DNA of 64,000 bases from a virus (lineage: Duplodnaviria > Heunggongvirae > Uroviricota > Caudoviricetes): the IMG/VR virus record IMGVR_UViG_2875697941_000001. One strand, written 5' to 3'. Under the pieces are notes generated by a model. That model was not told the DNA's origin. It did not search any database and saw only the letters and a list, made by a program, of their open reading frames with translations. Below are positions 12,220 to 22,136 of this stretch, piece by piece. Numbering within the stretch: the stretch's first letter is position 1; every line of letters begins with the position of its first letter. The position numbers and the translations under genes are program-made.

Positions 12220-13482
12220 ATGAGCACTTCAGCACAAAACCAATCAATCGAAAATGTATCTATCCCTGATGTCCTGAATGCCGGTATCCCGGCCATTATC
12301 CAGAACATCCGGGCCGCGCAACGCCGCGTTAGTTGTGATGACCTCACAGCACGTTTTTTTGATAATGCGGTTCAGTCAGCGGAGATGCTTCACGCACAGC
12401 TTATTGATGTTTATAACGCAGAAGCTGATAGCCATAACTCCCTGGTAGATGCAGCTGAAAATATGCAGTTGGATCTCGGTCTGAAGGGTAAAGAAATTGA
12501 AGAGCTTCAGCTGGAAATTGAACATTTGAAACGCCAGCAACAGGACGCGATCGACGATGCGACGCATGACGCCAACCAGCGTGCTGATAATGCCGAACGT
12601 ATAAGCATTGAGCTGGAAACAAAACTCAATGAAATGACCGCGATGGTTGAACTGCGGAACTCACAGATTTCAACGCTAAAATCTCAATATAAAGAGATCA
12701 TGAAACTTGATCCTTTTAACCTTGAGAAACGCTATAACAAAGCTAAAAGCGAGCGACAGGAACTGCGTAAGCAGGTCGCCGACCTTAACCAACAGCTCAA
12801 AAAAACTATTAAAGATGCAAGCGAGGCGCGCGTGGCATTTGCTAATAAAAAAGCAGAGGTTACCGCGCTGGTTAATGAGAATGCCAAATTTGCGACGCTC
12901 AAGAAGGAAATGTATGGCATTACTGAGCGCCGTTTCCCTGCAAGCAAACTTCATCCGACGTTAGGGCAAATCTCCTTCTTCCCGCGCCTCCTGGCTTATG
13001 GGATCTCATCGCCTAAAGAGTTCAATAACGAGCGTCCTTATATCGTTTCTAAGCTGGACTTTGCTTATCAGTTCTGCTGCGACATGGGCTATGCCATTGA
13101 TATCCGAATCAACGAATGGTTGATGCCAAACTTCCAGCCGTTGGCAATTTTCCGCGAGTTCCAGCCGGAAGGTTGGGTAGAGTTCTTCCATGAATTGATC
13201 TGTAAAGAGATGGAAAGCCGCCGCCCGGAACTGGTCCGTCGAGTTGAGTGGGCGCAAGAGGTTATGTTAGCAGATGCAGAGCTGCCGTTCGAACCGGAAT
13301 TCATTGATGATCTGGCAACTAAAGGGCTGCATACCCTGTTTGATGTGGTTACCCGCCGTCATGAGCAGTTGGTTGTCGAATTGGGTTTAGAGGAAACTGC
13401 GGCAAGAAGACTTCTCGATGTTTGCTATGCACGTAGCGATGCATGGGAAAAAGAGAACGGCGGCACTATTTACGTTCGCTGA
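12220..13482 (+). CDS. coiled-coil protein of unknown function
   Basis: 420-aa ORF; residues about 60-230 heptad-rich and charged (EIEELQLEIEHLKRQQQ...), globular C-half. Confidence 0.6.
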   Translation: MSTSAQNQSIENVSIPDVLNAGIPAIIQNIRAAQRRVSCDDLTARFFDNAVQSAEMLHAQLIDVYNAEADSHNSLVDAAENMQLDLGLKGKEIEELQLEIEHLKRQQQDAIDDATHDANQRADNAERISIELETKLNEMTAMVELRNSQISTLKSQYKEIMKLDPFNLEKRYNKAKSERQELRKQVADLNQQLKKTIKDASEARVAFANKKAEVTALVNENAKFATLKKEMYGITERRFPASKLHPTLGQISFFPRLLAYGISSPKEFNNERPYIVSKLDFAYQFCCDMGYAIDIRINEWLMPNFQPLAIFREFQPEGWVEFFHELICKEMESRRPELVRRVEWAQEVMLADAELPFEPEFIDDLATKGLHTLFDVVTRRHEQLVVELGLEETAARRLLDVCYARSDAWEKENGGTIYVR

Positions 13483-13554
13483 TAGTTACAGTGTCACTTT
13501 TAATGCTGGTGGAGTGCTCCCACCAGCATTTTTTTCGTCCAATGAGGAGGGCAT

Positions 13555-13909
13555 TTGAGTATTTTCAATAAACACGCACACCAGGAACGTCCGTACATCG
13601 TCATAGTCGATATTGATGGAACAATATCAGAGGCAACTGAAGACAGACTGCATTTGCTTCCGCCACCAGGTAAAGGTGCATTAACAAAGGACTGGAACGA
13701 GTTTAATCTCGCCTGTGACACCGATACTCCCATACACGGCAGATGATGTATTGGAGCTTGCCAAAATAGCGTTAGCGCCTTGCAAGGATGGTAACGCTAT
13801 GACACTGATTGACTTTTTAGTGAAGGAATTATCTAAGGGGGCTGGATGGCCTGATGGAAAAGATTTTTGGGTAGAGCCTCCAATCGGTAGAACATGTATT
13901 TTTCAATGA
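13555..13909 (+). pseudogene. HAD-like hydrolase remnant, frameshifted and 3'-truncated at IS boundary
   Basis: YIVIVDIDGTI (DxDGT motif I) in ORF 13555-13746; continues in another frame (13715-13909) whose tail reads into the IS1-family end. Confidence 0.35.
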
Positions 13910-14635
13910 AGGAACCGATGACTTTTTCGTGGATTTCCACGGAGCGCGAGAAGCAGAGTGTTTTACGTGTCAGCCGCTTAATGCGGGTGGTAGGGTCAGG
14001 TTGTTACGTTCAATTCGCTGCGTGAAGATTTTTCCGGTCAGGTGTTTCTTCTTCGGCACTTCTTTGGCGTAGCTCCCCCAGTCATCGGAGGTCAGCATTC
14101 CAATGTTAAAGGGCGCGAGTAACGCCAGTAATTCACGACAGGTTTCATCGGTACGTGGACCAAAAGTGTAGGCCAGCACGCCCCCCCGTTTTGGTGTTGT
14201 ACGCATACCAGAGCCAGTGCTGCCGGGCTTTACTGCCAACGAAGCTCCATTGCTCATCAAGTTCGCAGATAAGCGCCACATCAGCATGTGCAACGGGTGA
14301 GGAGGTTATTCGCTTCGGGGAGAGTTTTTTTAAAGTTCTGATGACGGTGTTGATGCCAACCTTCAGTGTTCTGGCGGTATCACGGACACCTGCGCCGTTA
14401 TGAGCCATTTCAACGATCTGCTCCTTCACGCCGGGCCTTCAGGCTTCATAAGAGTAATCGCTCTGGAAAACACGTTTACATGAGCGACAACGAAAGCGCT
14501 CATGCCTGGAACAACTACGACCATGTAGATAAACTTTATCTGAATTACAACGCGGACAATGAACAGTAACGGTAGCCATGGCAAACCTAAAATACCAATA
14601 GACTATCAGAAGTTTCTATCTATCGAGAGCATAAC
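13885..14635 (-). mobile_element. IS1-family insertion sequence, divergent and apparently inactivated by frameshifts
   Basis: minus-strand InsA-like N-terminus MATVTVHCPRCNSDKVYLHG...C..C stopped after 46 codons; InsA C-part (MAHNGAGVRDTARTLKVGINTVIRTLKK) fused to InsB N-part; InsB core ...RTDETCRELLALLAPFNIGMLTSDDWG...TQRIERNNLTL and C-terminus in further frames; about 750 bp. Confidence 0.65.
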
Positions 14636-14804
14636 CGATTAGATATTAACTTAGGTGCCAACCAAAATAAGAATACCCTCATATGTAGCTGTCAAAGCTT
14701 CAGTTTTCTTGCTGGACAAATCGAGGTGGTTTTGATAAAAAATGATTTTTTTGCTTTGGCCTTTGTGAATGATCTTGTGTAGGGCTCACTGGTGAGGGGT
14801 TACA

Positions 14805-16661
14805 ATGAGCAATATTAAATATCGTAAAGATATTGATGGTTTGCGTGCGGTAGCAATATTGCCTGTATTGCTTTTTCATGTTGGGTATTCTGGATTTAGT
14901 GGTGGATATGTTGGTGTAGATATATTCTTCGTTATCAGTGGGTATTTAATTACAAAGATTTTAATAAACGATATTAATAATGGAACCTACAGCCTGTTAA
15001 CCTTTTACGAAAGAAGAATTAGGCGGATAATTCCGGCGCTAACCTGCGTTATTTTATTTGTTTTGATTGCATCCCCTTTATTCCTTGCCCCGGATAACTA
15101 TTCCTTTCTACCAAAAGAAATAATAGGGACTCTTCTTTTTGCTTCGAACATTGTCAGTTTCTTAAAGTCTGGTTATTTTTCGACTGATGCAGAACAAAGA
15201 CCTCTACTTCATACATGGTCTTTGGGCATAGAAGAACAGTTTTATATTATATCCCCGATCGTATTATTTTTATCATTTAAATACTTTAAATCAAGAGTGG
15301 GTTTAATTCTTTCGCTATTTGCTATTGTATCTTTTGCGTTCAGCGTAATTCTTACAAAGAACCATCCTACAGCATCATTCTACCTTATTCCTACAAGGTA
15401 TTGGGAGCTGTCTTTCGGTGCTCTTGCAGCTGCTGGCGTATTCAAAAAAGCGAAAGGGAGGCGCCAAAACGAGGTGCTTTCCATTCTTGGTTTGTTGCTA
15501 ATATTATTTTCTATATTTACATTTACATCGAAGACTGTTTTCCCAGGTTACGCCGCACTTCTACCAGTGCTTGGCGCAACCCTTATTATACTGAACGCAG
15601 AGGATACCCTCGTTGGGAAAATGCTAGCTTTAAAACCGTTAGTCTTTATCGGTGTGATTTCTTATTCCCTTTATTTATGGCACTGGCCGCTGGTAGTCTT
15701 TTCTCATGATAAATATATAATAGATCTCAACTTATCAAGAGAGATGTTGGTTGTTTTATCGATTTTAATCGCCTGGTTTTCAACAAGATTTATTGAGGCA
15801 CCTTTTAGAAACAAGCAGTCATATGATAGAACGAGAATTTTCAAATATTCTAGTGTTGCATATTCATTACTATTTTTAACCTCGTTAGCAATATGGCCTC
15901 TTAAGGGATGGACAGATAGACTTAGTGATGAAAAAGCATATATTTTATCCTCAACCAAAGACTACAGCCCTGTAAGAGACAAGTGCCATTTCAGTTCAGG
16001 TGTTCCGGAAACTACGCAGTATTGTATTTTAGGTGTAAAAGATATTGAGCCAAGCTTGTTTGTTTGGGGTGATAGTCATGGGGCCGAGATATCCTATGCG
16101 CTGTCTAAATTGACAAGCGTGTATACAGCCACTTACTCAGCGTGTCCGCCAGTAGTCGGATTCACTTCAACCGAAAGGCCGGAGTGTCAAGCTCATAATA
16201 TGCGCGTTCTTGATTTTATTCTAAATAATAAAAAAATTAAAAATGTAGTTCTTGCAGCCAACTACAACAAGTATGAAGGAGATGAGAAATACAGTGGTTT
16301 TGTAAAAGGTTTTGAAAATACAGTAAAGAAACTTACCGACGGTGGTAAGAGAGTAACAGTTTTAGACCAGATTCCATCTCCTGGCGTAAACGTACCCAAC
16401 GATTTAGCAAATGCAAAGTTCATAGTTAATAAGAGTTTCGCTTATGATGATACAACCTTTAAAAAGATTGAATTTGAGAACGGTGTAAATATATTCCATT
16501 TTGAAAAATACTTATGTGACCGTGATTCTTGCTCTATGATGTATGAAAATTACCCTGTCTTATTTGACGACAATCATTTATCTTTAACTGTTGCTAAGAT
16601 TATGGCTCCTCACATATATGAAATGATTAGTGATAATAGAAAAGAAAATGAGAGGTTTTAA
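14805..16661 (+). CDS. carbohydrate O-acetyltransferase (acyltransferase-3 membrane domain + SGNH domain; OafA/Oac/OatA type)
   Basis: N-terminal DGLRAVAILPVLLFH and about 10 predicted TM helices typical of AT3; C-terminal VWGDSHGAEISY SGNH block I; GC far below backbone; own promoter-like AT-rich leader. Confidence 0.85.
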   Translation: MSNIKYRKDIDGLRAVAILPVLLFHVGYSGFSGGYVGVDIFFVISGYLITKILINDINNGTYSLLTFYERRIRRIIPALTCVILFVLIASPLFLAPDNYSFLPKEIIGTLLFASNIVSFLKSGYFSTDAEQRPLLHTWSLGIEEQFYIISPIVLFLSFKYFKSRVGLILSLFAIVSFAFSVILTKNHPTASFYLIPTRYWELSFGALAAAGVFKKAKGRRQNEVLSILGLLLILFSIFTFTSKTVFPGYAALLPVLGATLIILNAEDTLVGKMLALKPLVFIGVISYSLYLWHWPLVVFSHDKYIIDLNLSREMLVVLSILIAWFSTRFIEAPFRNKQSYDRTRIFKYSSVAYSLLFLTSLAIWPLKGWTDRLSDEKAYILSSTKDYSPVRDKCHFSSGVPETTQYCILGVKDIEPSLFVWGDSHGAEISYALSKLTSVYTATYSACPPVVGFTSTERPECQAHNMRVLDFILNNKKIKNVVLAANYNKYEGDEKYSGFVKGFENTVKKLTDGGKRVTVLDQIPSPGVNVPNDLANAKFIVNKSFAYDDTTFKKIEFENGVNIFHFEKYLCDRDSCSMMYENYPVLFDDNHLSLTVAKIMAPHIYEMISDNRKENERF

Positions 16662-17231
16662 ATATTACTAAAAATTAAGTAAAATAGTTAAATCACCCAC
16701 AGGCCGCGTTTTGGCGCCAGTGGGTGATTGTGAAGTTTAACATTTATGTATGCAATTAAAATTCTCTTTTATTTTTCCTAAGAAGTTATTCCTAATTTTC
16801 TTTAACATATAATCCAGAGTTTCAATGCGTTATGTTAGGGCGGCAAGTTGATAGGCGCGACCTCTCTTGATCTGCCTCCCAGATAAAACTATTATATTTG
16901 CAACCAGTATTAACCAAGAGACTACTGTACTCCTTTATTCAAATTGATTAGATTGTTACGAAAAGAAATACCATCCTGAACCACTCCATCGAACTCGTGC
17001 AAGGGAGTAAAATATGAAACTGTTTCGTTTACATTCACGGACGAGTTATTAGATTTCACTGTGATGGTTTTCATTCCGAATATTTCGAAATCGATCTCCT
17101 GGCCTGCCGTGAGGTTTGTGGTTGGTAGTATAATGATAAATTCTGATGTGTTATTGTTTATTAAATATGATGCATAATCTGGTGATGCTTGAGGTGTACT
17201 GGCAATAGCAGACACTACCATTTGTTCTTTT

Positions 17232-17830
17232 TTAAGCAGCTATCTGATGATATTTTTCCCTGAAGGCTGCCGGGGAGATATTCCCCAGACGAGAGTGACG
17301 ACGCTGACGATTGTAGAAAATCTCAATGTATTCCCGTATTACTGAGATGGCCTCATCCCGGCTATTAAAACGATAGTGGCTCAGGCTCTCATTTTTCAGC
17401 GTTCCCCAGAAGCTTTCCATCGGAGCGTTGTCGTAACAGTTACCTTTACGCGACATTGATGTTTTCAGACCAAACTGCTCCTGTATGACCCGGTAATCGT
17501 ATGCGCAGTACTGTGAACCTCGATCGGAGTGGTGGATTAGCCCGGCAGGTGGGCGCTGGCTCCTGAGCGCCATAAACAGGGCTTTACCTGTCAGCTCTTT
17601 TGTCATGCTCACAGGCTTCATCATAGTTATTTGCCAAACCAAGCACGGATGGACGGTCCCACGCGCCACCATTCAGACAATAAACAACAATTTTCCCGTC
17701 ATGTTCTGTAACCCCATAGGGATGGTCCCACCAGGCGTCCAGCTGAGCTTTAGAGCGTTTCTCGTTAGGAGTGCAGTCAAAATTTTTGGGCAATACAGGA
17801 TCGAGAGGAATGCGGGCAGGCATAGCTAAT
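17232..17830 (-). mobile_element. IS3-family transposase remnant (3' part of orfB, 5' part missing/frameshifted)
   Basis: GLIHHSDRGSQY ... SMSRKGNCYDNAPMESFWGTLKNE ... FYNRQRRHSRLGNISP: DDE integrase core and C-terminus of IS3-family OrfB; no orfA upstream. Confidence 0.55.
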
Positions 17831-17958
17831 TCCTTATTAACTGATTGGCAACGAGGTTACGCTGATCCGTTGGTGATGAATAGTAGCAAAGAGCACAAAA
17901 TCATCAGCGGTGGTTGATGTACGTAACGCGTTTGCACCAAAGGTGTCTCTTTAATGTA

Positions 17959-17978
17959 TACTGTATAAATGAACAGTA
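17959..17978. promoter_or_regulatory. LexA (SOS) box upstream of humD
   Basis: TACTGTATAAATGAACAGTA fits CTG-N10-CAG consensus, 19 nt upstream of humD ATG. Confidence 0.7.
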
Positions 17979-17997
17979 TTATTGAGGTGAAAACGCT

Positions 17998-18387
17998 ATG
18001 GGCTTCCCTTCTCCTGCGGCGGATTATGTTGAAAGCCGAATTTCTCTTGATCAGCAACTAATCAGGCATCCATCAGCAACCTACTTCATGCGGGCAGCTG
18101 ATAGCCATCACCGTGAGGGAATATTGCAGGGTGCTTTGCTGGTGGTTGATTCCTCGCTTACTCCGGTTGATGGTTCTCTGCTTGTGTGCGCTATGGAGGG
18201 TGAATATCGCATAAAGAGATACAGGAAGTATCCGCGCCAGCACCTGGAGGATTTAAGCACCGGGAAGAAAGAGGCGTTACCAGTAGATGACGATGGATAC
18301 ACGGGCAGTAATGCTGTTTTTGGTGTGATCACTCATGTCATCAATGATGCCAGAAGTGGGGAGTTTGATGATTGTCCGGTTATTTAA
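17998..18387 (+). CDS. humD: UmuD'-like SOS mutagenesis protein
   Basis: GFPSPAADYVE...QHPSATYF...VFGVITHV matches UmuD/LexA S24 peptidase domain lacking the N-terminal cleaved arm. Confidence 0.85.
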   Translation: MGFPSPAADYVESRISLDQQLIRHPSATYFMRAADSHHREGILQGALLVVDSSLTPVDGSLLVCAMEGEYRIKRYRKYPRQHLEDLSTGKKEALPVDDDGYTGSNAVFGVITHVINDARSGEFDDCPVI

Positions 18388-18428
18388 GCTGCAAAGGGCT
18401 GGTGCTTTATGCCTGTGAAGTTTATAAT

Positions 18429-18450
18429 TGTGTACACATAACGAGTACAC
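18429..18450. promoter_or_regulatory. phd-doc operator-like palindromes
   Basis: GTGTACAC and GAGTACAC palindromic repeats overlapping putative -10 (TATAAT at about 18423), immediately upstream of phd. Confidence 0.4.
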
Positions 18451-18459
18451 GAGGTGTTT

Positions 18460-18681
18460 ATGCAATCCATTAACTTCCGTACCGCGCGTGGCAACCTTTC
18501 TGAAGTGCTCAACAATGTTGAAGCCGGGGAAGAGGTTGAAATCACCCGCAGAGGCCGTGAGCCAGCAGTAATTGTCAGCAAGGCTACTTTCGAAGCCTAC
18601 AAAAAAGCGGCGCTGGATGCTGAATTTGCATCCCTGTTTGACACCCTGGACTCCACCAACAAGGAACTGGTTAACCGATAA
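18460..18681 (+). CDS. phd: Phd antitoxin
   Basis: [49 protein letters not shown]... recognised as P1 Phd; stop overlaps doc start (TAATG). Confidence 0.9.
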
Positions 18682-19061
18682 TGAGGCATATATCACCGGA
18701 AGAACTTATTGCGCTTCATGATGCGAATATAAGCCGCTACGGCGGCCTGCCGGGAATGTCTGATCCGGGTAGGGCAGAGGCCATTATCGGGAGAGTTCAG
18801 GCCAGAGTTGCCTACGAAGAGATCACCGACCTTTTCGAAGTCTCCGCCACCTACCTGGTGGCTACAGCGAGAGGGCATATATTCAATGATGCCAATAAGC
18901 GTACCGCGCTAAACAGTGCGCTGCTATTTCTACGCCGTAACGGGGTGCAGGTATTTGATTCACCTGAACTGGCAGACCTTACCGTAGGCGCTGCGACTGG
19001 CGAGATATCTGTATCTTCTGTCGCCGACACGTTACGTAGATTGTATGGTTCTGCGGAGTAG
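18681..19061 (+). CDS. doc: Doc toxin (Fic-fold kinase)
   Basis: Fic-like [11 protein letters not shown] motif; 126 aa; coupled to phd. Confidence 0.9.
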
Positions 19062-19245
19062 ATTAATGGCACGCAAATACAACAAGTTGTCCCGTGAAGC
19101 GTTAAAGATGCTTCTTGATGGCGTGAGTCGCCGCAAGGTAAAGCAATACCTGGTTGGTAAGCAAATTGGTGCCAGGACAGCTATTGCTGTGTTATGCCGT
19201 CAGGAAATGGTTGTGCTTAAACAGAGAATGCCGGGCAGCAGATAA
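19045..19245 (+). CDS. small basic hypothetical protein
   Basis: 66-aa ORF overlapping doc end; P1 pdcA position. Confidence 0.4.
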
Positions 19246-19272
19246 AGCCCAATCAGTGATTAAAGGTGTGAT

Positions 19273-20316
19273 GTGAAAGCCGTAATTACTCCATTTGTAC
19301 AGAAAGAGCTTGGCCTCGCCACGTTCAAAGTGGATCAGGAGGTCAGAAAGCTGGTGGAGGCTGGCCGTAAATTTATTATGGAGCCGGTGCCGCGTGAGTT
19401 AATCGAGCACATGGAAGACGGCCTCGTTGTTACCGAGCAAACCATGGCAACAAATGAGGCGTTGCAGCCGTTTTTTAACAGCGATGAACTGTTTCGCCGT
19501 ATTGGTGGAATTGACGCGCTGGTGGCGTGGTTGCGTAGGAAAGAGGGTCAATGCCAGGCCGCAGATCGTAGTTGGTGTGACAACCATATTGTCCACGCTG
19601 AACGAGACAATAGCGCGGTGTTGTTGTGCTGGCATCACGATAACCATTACCGGATGCGTGGTTTTAATGAGCTGAAAGAAACGCTGCACAATAATCGCGT
19701 TAACTGGATACTGGATGTCGCCCGTCAGGAAATGGGCCTTTCAAATAGCCATGATTTAAGTATTCAGGAGCTGTGCTGGTGGGCTTTCATGCGCAACATG
19801 ATGCACCTGATGCCGGAAGAAGTCTGCCGCATATCAATAAATAAGATGAAGGCTACTCCGCAGGATAGCGGACCTCTGAAAGAGGCGGATATTCGCCCGT
19901 ATGACGATCGCGCTACAGCATATGTTCAGATGATGGAAGAACGCGCCGCGCCGATGCGTGCAAAAGTATGCCCTGTGGATGTTGACTCCGACCCTGGCAT
20001 GGCGCATTTCAAAATACCAAAACTGCAATCGCTAAAATTACCTGAGTACATGGACTTTGTTGCTTCCCGTCCATGCTGTGGGTGTGGAGCTGCGGGAGCT
20101 GGCGCTCACATTACGCCTTATATCGTTCGTCATAGTCGATTATGCGCGCATGACATTTACGCAATTCCTCTGTGCCAGTCATGCCAGCGTGATATTGAGC
20201 GTGACCGCGATAATTGGGAGAAGACGCACGGTAGGTTGGCGATGCATCAACGATTGTTCTTTGATTACGCGCTTGGAGTGGGCGTTATCACAAGTCATTC
20301 GTCGAGTGTTAGATAA
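19273..20316 (+). CDS. hypothetical protein with C-terminal Cys cluster
   Basis: 347-aa ORF; [12 protein letters not shown]...CQSCQ motif; P1 pdcB position. Confidence 0.6.
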   Translation: MKAVITPFVQKELGLATFKVDQEVRKLVEAGRKFIMEPVPRELIEHMEDGLVVTEQTMATNEALQPFFNSDELFRRIGGIDALVAWLRRKEGQCQAADRSWCDNHIVHAERDNSAVLLCWHHDNHYRMRGFNELKETLHNNRVNWILDVARQEMGLSNSHDLSIQELCWWAFMRNMMHLMPEEVCRISINKMKATPQDSGPLKEADIRPYDDRATAYVQMMEERAAPMRAKVCPVDVDSDPGMAHFKIPKLQSLKLPEYMDFVASRPCCGCGAAGAGAHITPYIVRHSRLCAHDIYAIPLCQSCQRDIERDRDNWEKTHGRLAMHQRLFFDYALGVGVITSHSSSVR

Positions 20317-20317
20317 A

Positions 20318-20334
20318 ATTGCTCTAATGTATTG
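20318..20334 (+). promoter_or_regulatory. C1 repressor operator upstream of lpa-like gene
   Basis: ATTGCTCTAATGTATTG, 1 nt after upstream stop. Confidence 0.6.
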
Positions 20335-20404
20335 CTATTTCTTTAATCGAGGGTATTATATTCCACGTTGATTAGTTGACATGGGCTAATCAGTAGGTGA
20401 CAGG

Positions 20405-20857
20405 ATGTTACTTAACTGGCAGGGACGCCACTTCATGGAAATAAATCACTCACGAATAACATCGTACGAGATTGCGGATTACATGATCCGCACTAAATCT
20501 CTTCTATCAGCGAAAGAACTCGCAGCAATTCTTGAAAAGGAATACCCGCATCTGGATGTCGATAAGCGCGATGTTTATCTGCGCTTAAAGGCTATCGCTG
20601 TGTCTAAGTATTCGTCTGTTTTGATAGATGACAGTACACGCCCACGTAGATTTCAGATCCACTCTCTGAATCCTGAATTCTTTCGCCGTAGCCGCGCTCC
20701 GCGCCGGTTTGATGAAAAACTCCAGAACGAACTCTATATGACGCAGGACGAAAAGGAACGCCGGGAGCACCAGCCTTGGGTAATGGCGCGTCAACTTTTC
20801 AATAAGGTGGCCCGTCAGCACCGTCATTACGGTAATGCCACATCCGCACGTATCTGA
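20405..20857 (+). CDS. late promoter activator-like protein (P1 Lpa position)
   Basis: 150-aa basic protein downstream of C1 operator and upstream of pacA; identity by position only. Confidence 0.5.
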   Translation: MLLNWQGRHFMEINHSRITSYEIADYMIRTKSLLSAKELAAILEKEYPHLDVDKRDVYLRLKAIAVSKYSSVLIDDSTRPRRFQIHSLNPEFFRRSRAPRRFDEKLQNELYMTQDEKERREHQPWVMARQLFNKVARQHRHYGNATSARI

Positions 20858-20942
20858 TTGATTGCTTGCCCGTTCCGGGCCTTTTGACATGTGACTTTCG
20901 TTACCCTCGCGTCAAAAAGAGTTTTTACGAAAGGAAGCATAA

Positions 20943-22136
20943 GTGACCTGGGACGATCACAAGAAGAATTTTGCTCGCCTGGCGCGAGATGGTGGTTACA
21001 CCATCGCACAGTATGCCGCCGAGTTTAATCTTAACCCTAATACCGCACGTCGTTATCTCCGTGCCTTCAAAGAAGACACCAGGACTACGGACAGCCGCAA
21101 GCCAAATAAGCCAGTCAGGAAGCCACTAAAAAGCATGATCATTGATCACTCTAATGATCAACATGCAGGTGATCACATTTCGGCTGAAATAGCGGAAAAA
21201 CAAAGAGTTAATGCCGTTGTCAGTGCCGCAGTCGAGAATGCGAAGCGCCAAAATAAGCGCATAAATGATCGTTCAGATGATCATGACGTGATCACCCGCG
21301 CCCACCGGACCTTACGTGATCGCCTGGAACGCGACACCCTGGATGATGATGGTGAACGCTTTGAATTCGAAGCTGGCGATTACCTGATAGATAACGTTGA
21401 AGCGCGGAAGGCCGCGCGCGCTATGTTGCGTCGGTCCGGGGCCGATGTTCTGGAAACCACTCTTCTGGAAAAGTCTCTTTCTCATCTCCTTATGCTGGAG
21501 AACGCCAGGGATACGTGTATTCGCCTAGTGCAGGAAATGCGCGATCAGCAAAAAGACGATGATGAAGGTACTCCGCCTGAATACCGTATCGCGAGCATGC
21601 TAAACAGCTGTTCCGCGCAGATAAGCAGCCTGATCAACACCATTTACAGCATCCGGAATAACTATCGAAAAGAAAGCCGGGAGGCGGAAAAGCACGCTTT
21701 ATCTATGGGGCAAGCTGGCATTGTTAAGCTGGCATACGAACGAAAGCGTGAAAATAACTGGTCAGTGCTGGAAGCGGCTGAATTCATCGAGGCGCATGGA
21801 GGAAAAGTGCCGCCCCTGATGCTGGAGCAAATCAAAGCCGATCTGCGTGCTCCTAAGACCAATACCGATGATGAGGAAAACCAAACAGCATCTGGCGCTC
21901 CATCACTTGAAGATCTGGATAAAATCGCGCGAGAACGGGCCGCCAGCCGCCGCGCTGATGCGGCATTGTGGATTGAGCATCGTAGAGAAGAAATTGCCGA
22001 TATCGTCGATACAGGTGGTTATGGTGATGTCGATGCGGAAGGCATATCAAACGAAGCATGGCTTGAACAGGATCTGGACGAAGACGAGGAGGAAGACGAA
22101 GAAGTTACCCGCAAACTGTACGGGGATGATGATTAA
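20943..22136 (+). CDS. pacA: terminase small subunit PacA
   Basis: GTG start; [31 protein letters not shown]-like N-terminus; contains pac site; acidic C-terminus; recognised as P1 PacA. Confidence 0.85.
21136..21295 (+). other. P1-type pac site (headful packaging initiation) inside pacA
   Basis: four TGATCA hexamers at 21136-21176 and three TGATC(A/G) at 21266-21295 flanking about 90-bp core; GATC = Dam sites. Confidence 0.75.

Noticed and set aside
13885-14635. Intact, active IS1
   Set aside because: InsA is interrupted after 46 codons and InsB is split across at least two further frames, more than the single programmed -1 frameshift of IS1; called a degenerate IS1-family element (could be sequencing error).
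16922-17221. 99-aa minus-strand ORF between the acetyltransferase gene and the IS3 remnant
   Set aside because: Low-complexity Asn/Ser/Thr-rich product from AT-rich DNA, no RBS seen; more likely chance ORF in spacer, though a real small gene cannot be excluded.
17584-17823. 79-aa minus-strand ORF overlapping the 5' side of the IS3 remnant
   Set aside because: Overlaps the transposase fragment out of frame; probably a frameshifted piece of the same degraded transposase rather than an independent gene.
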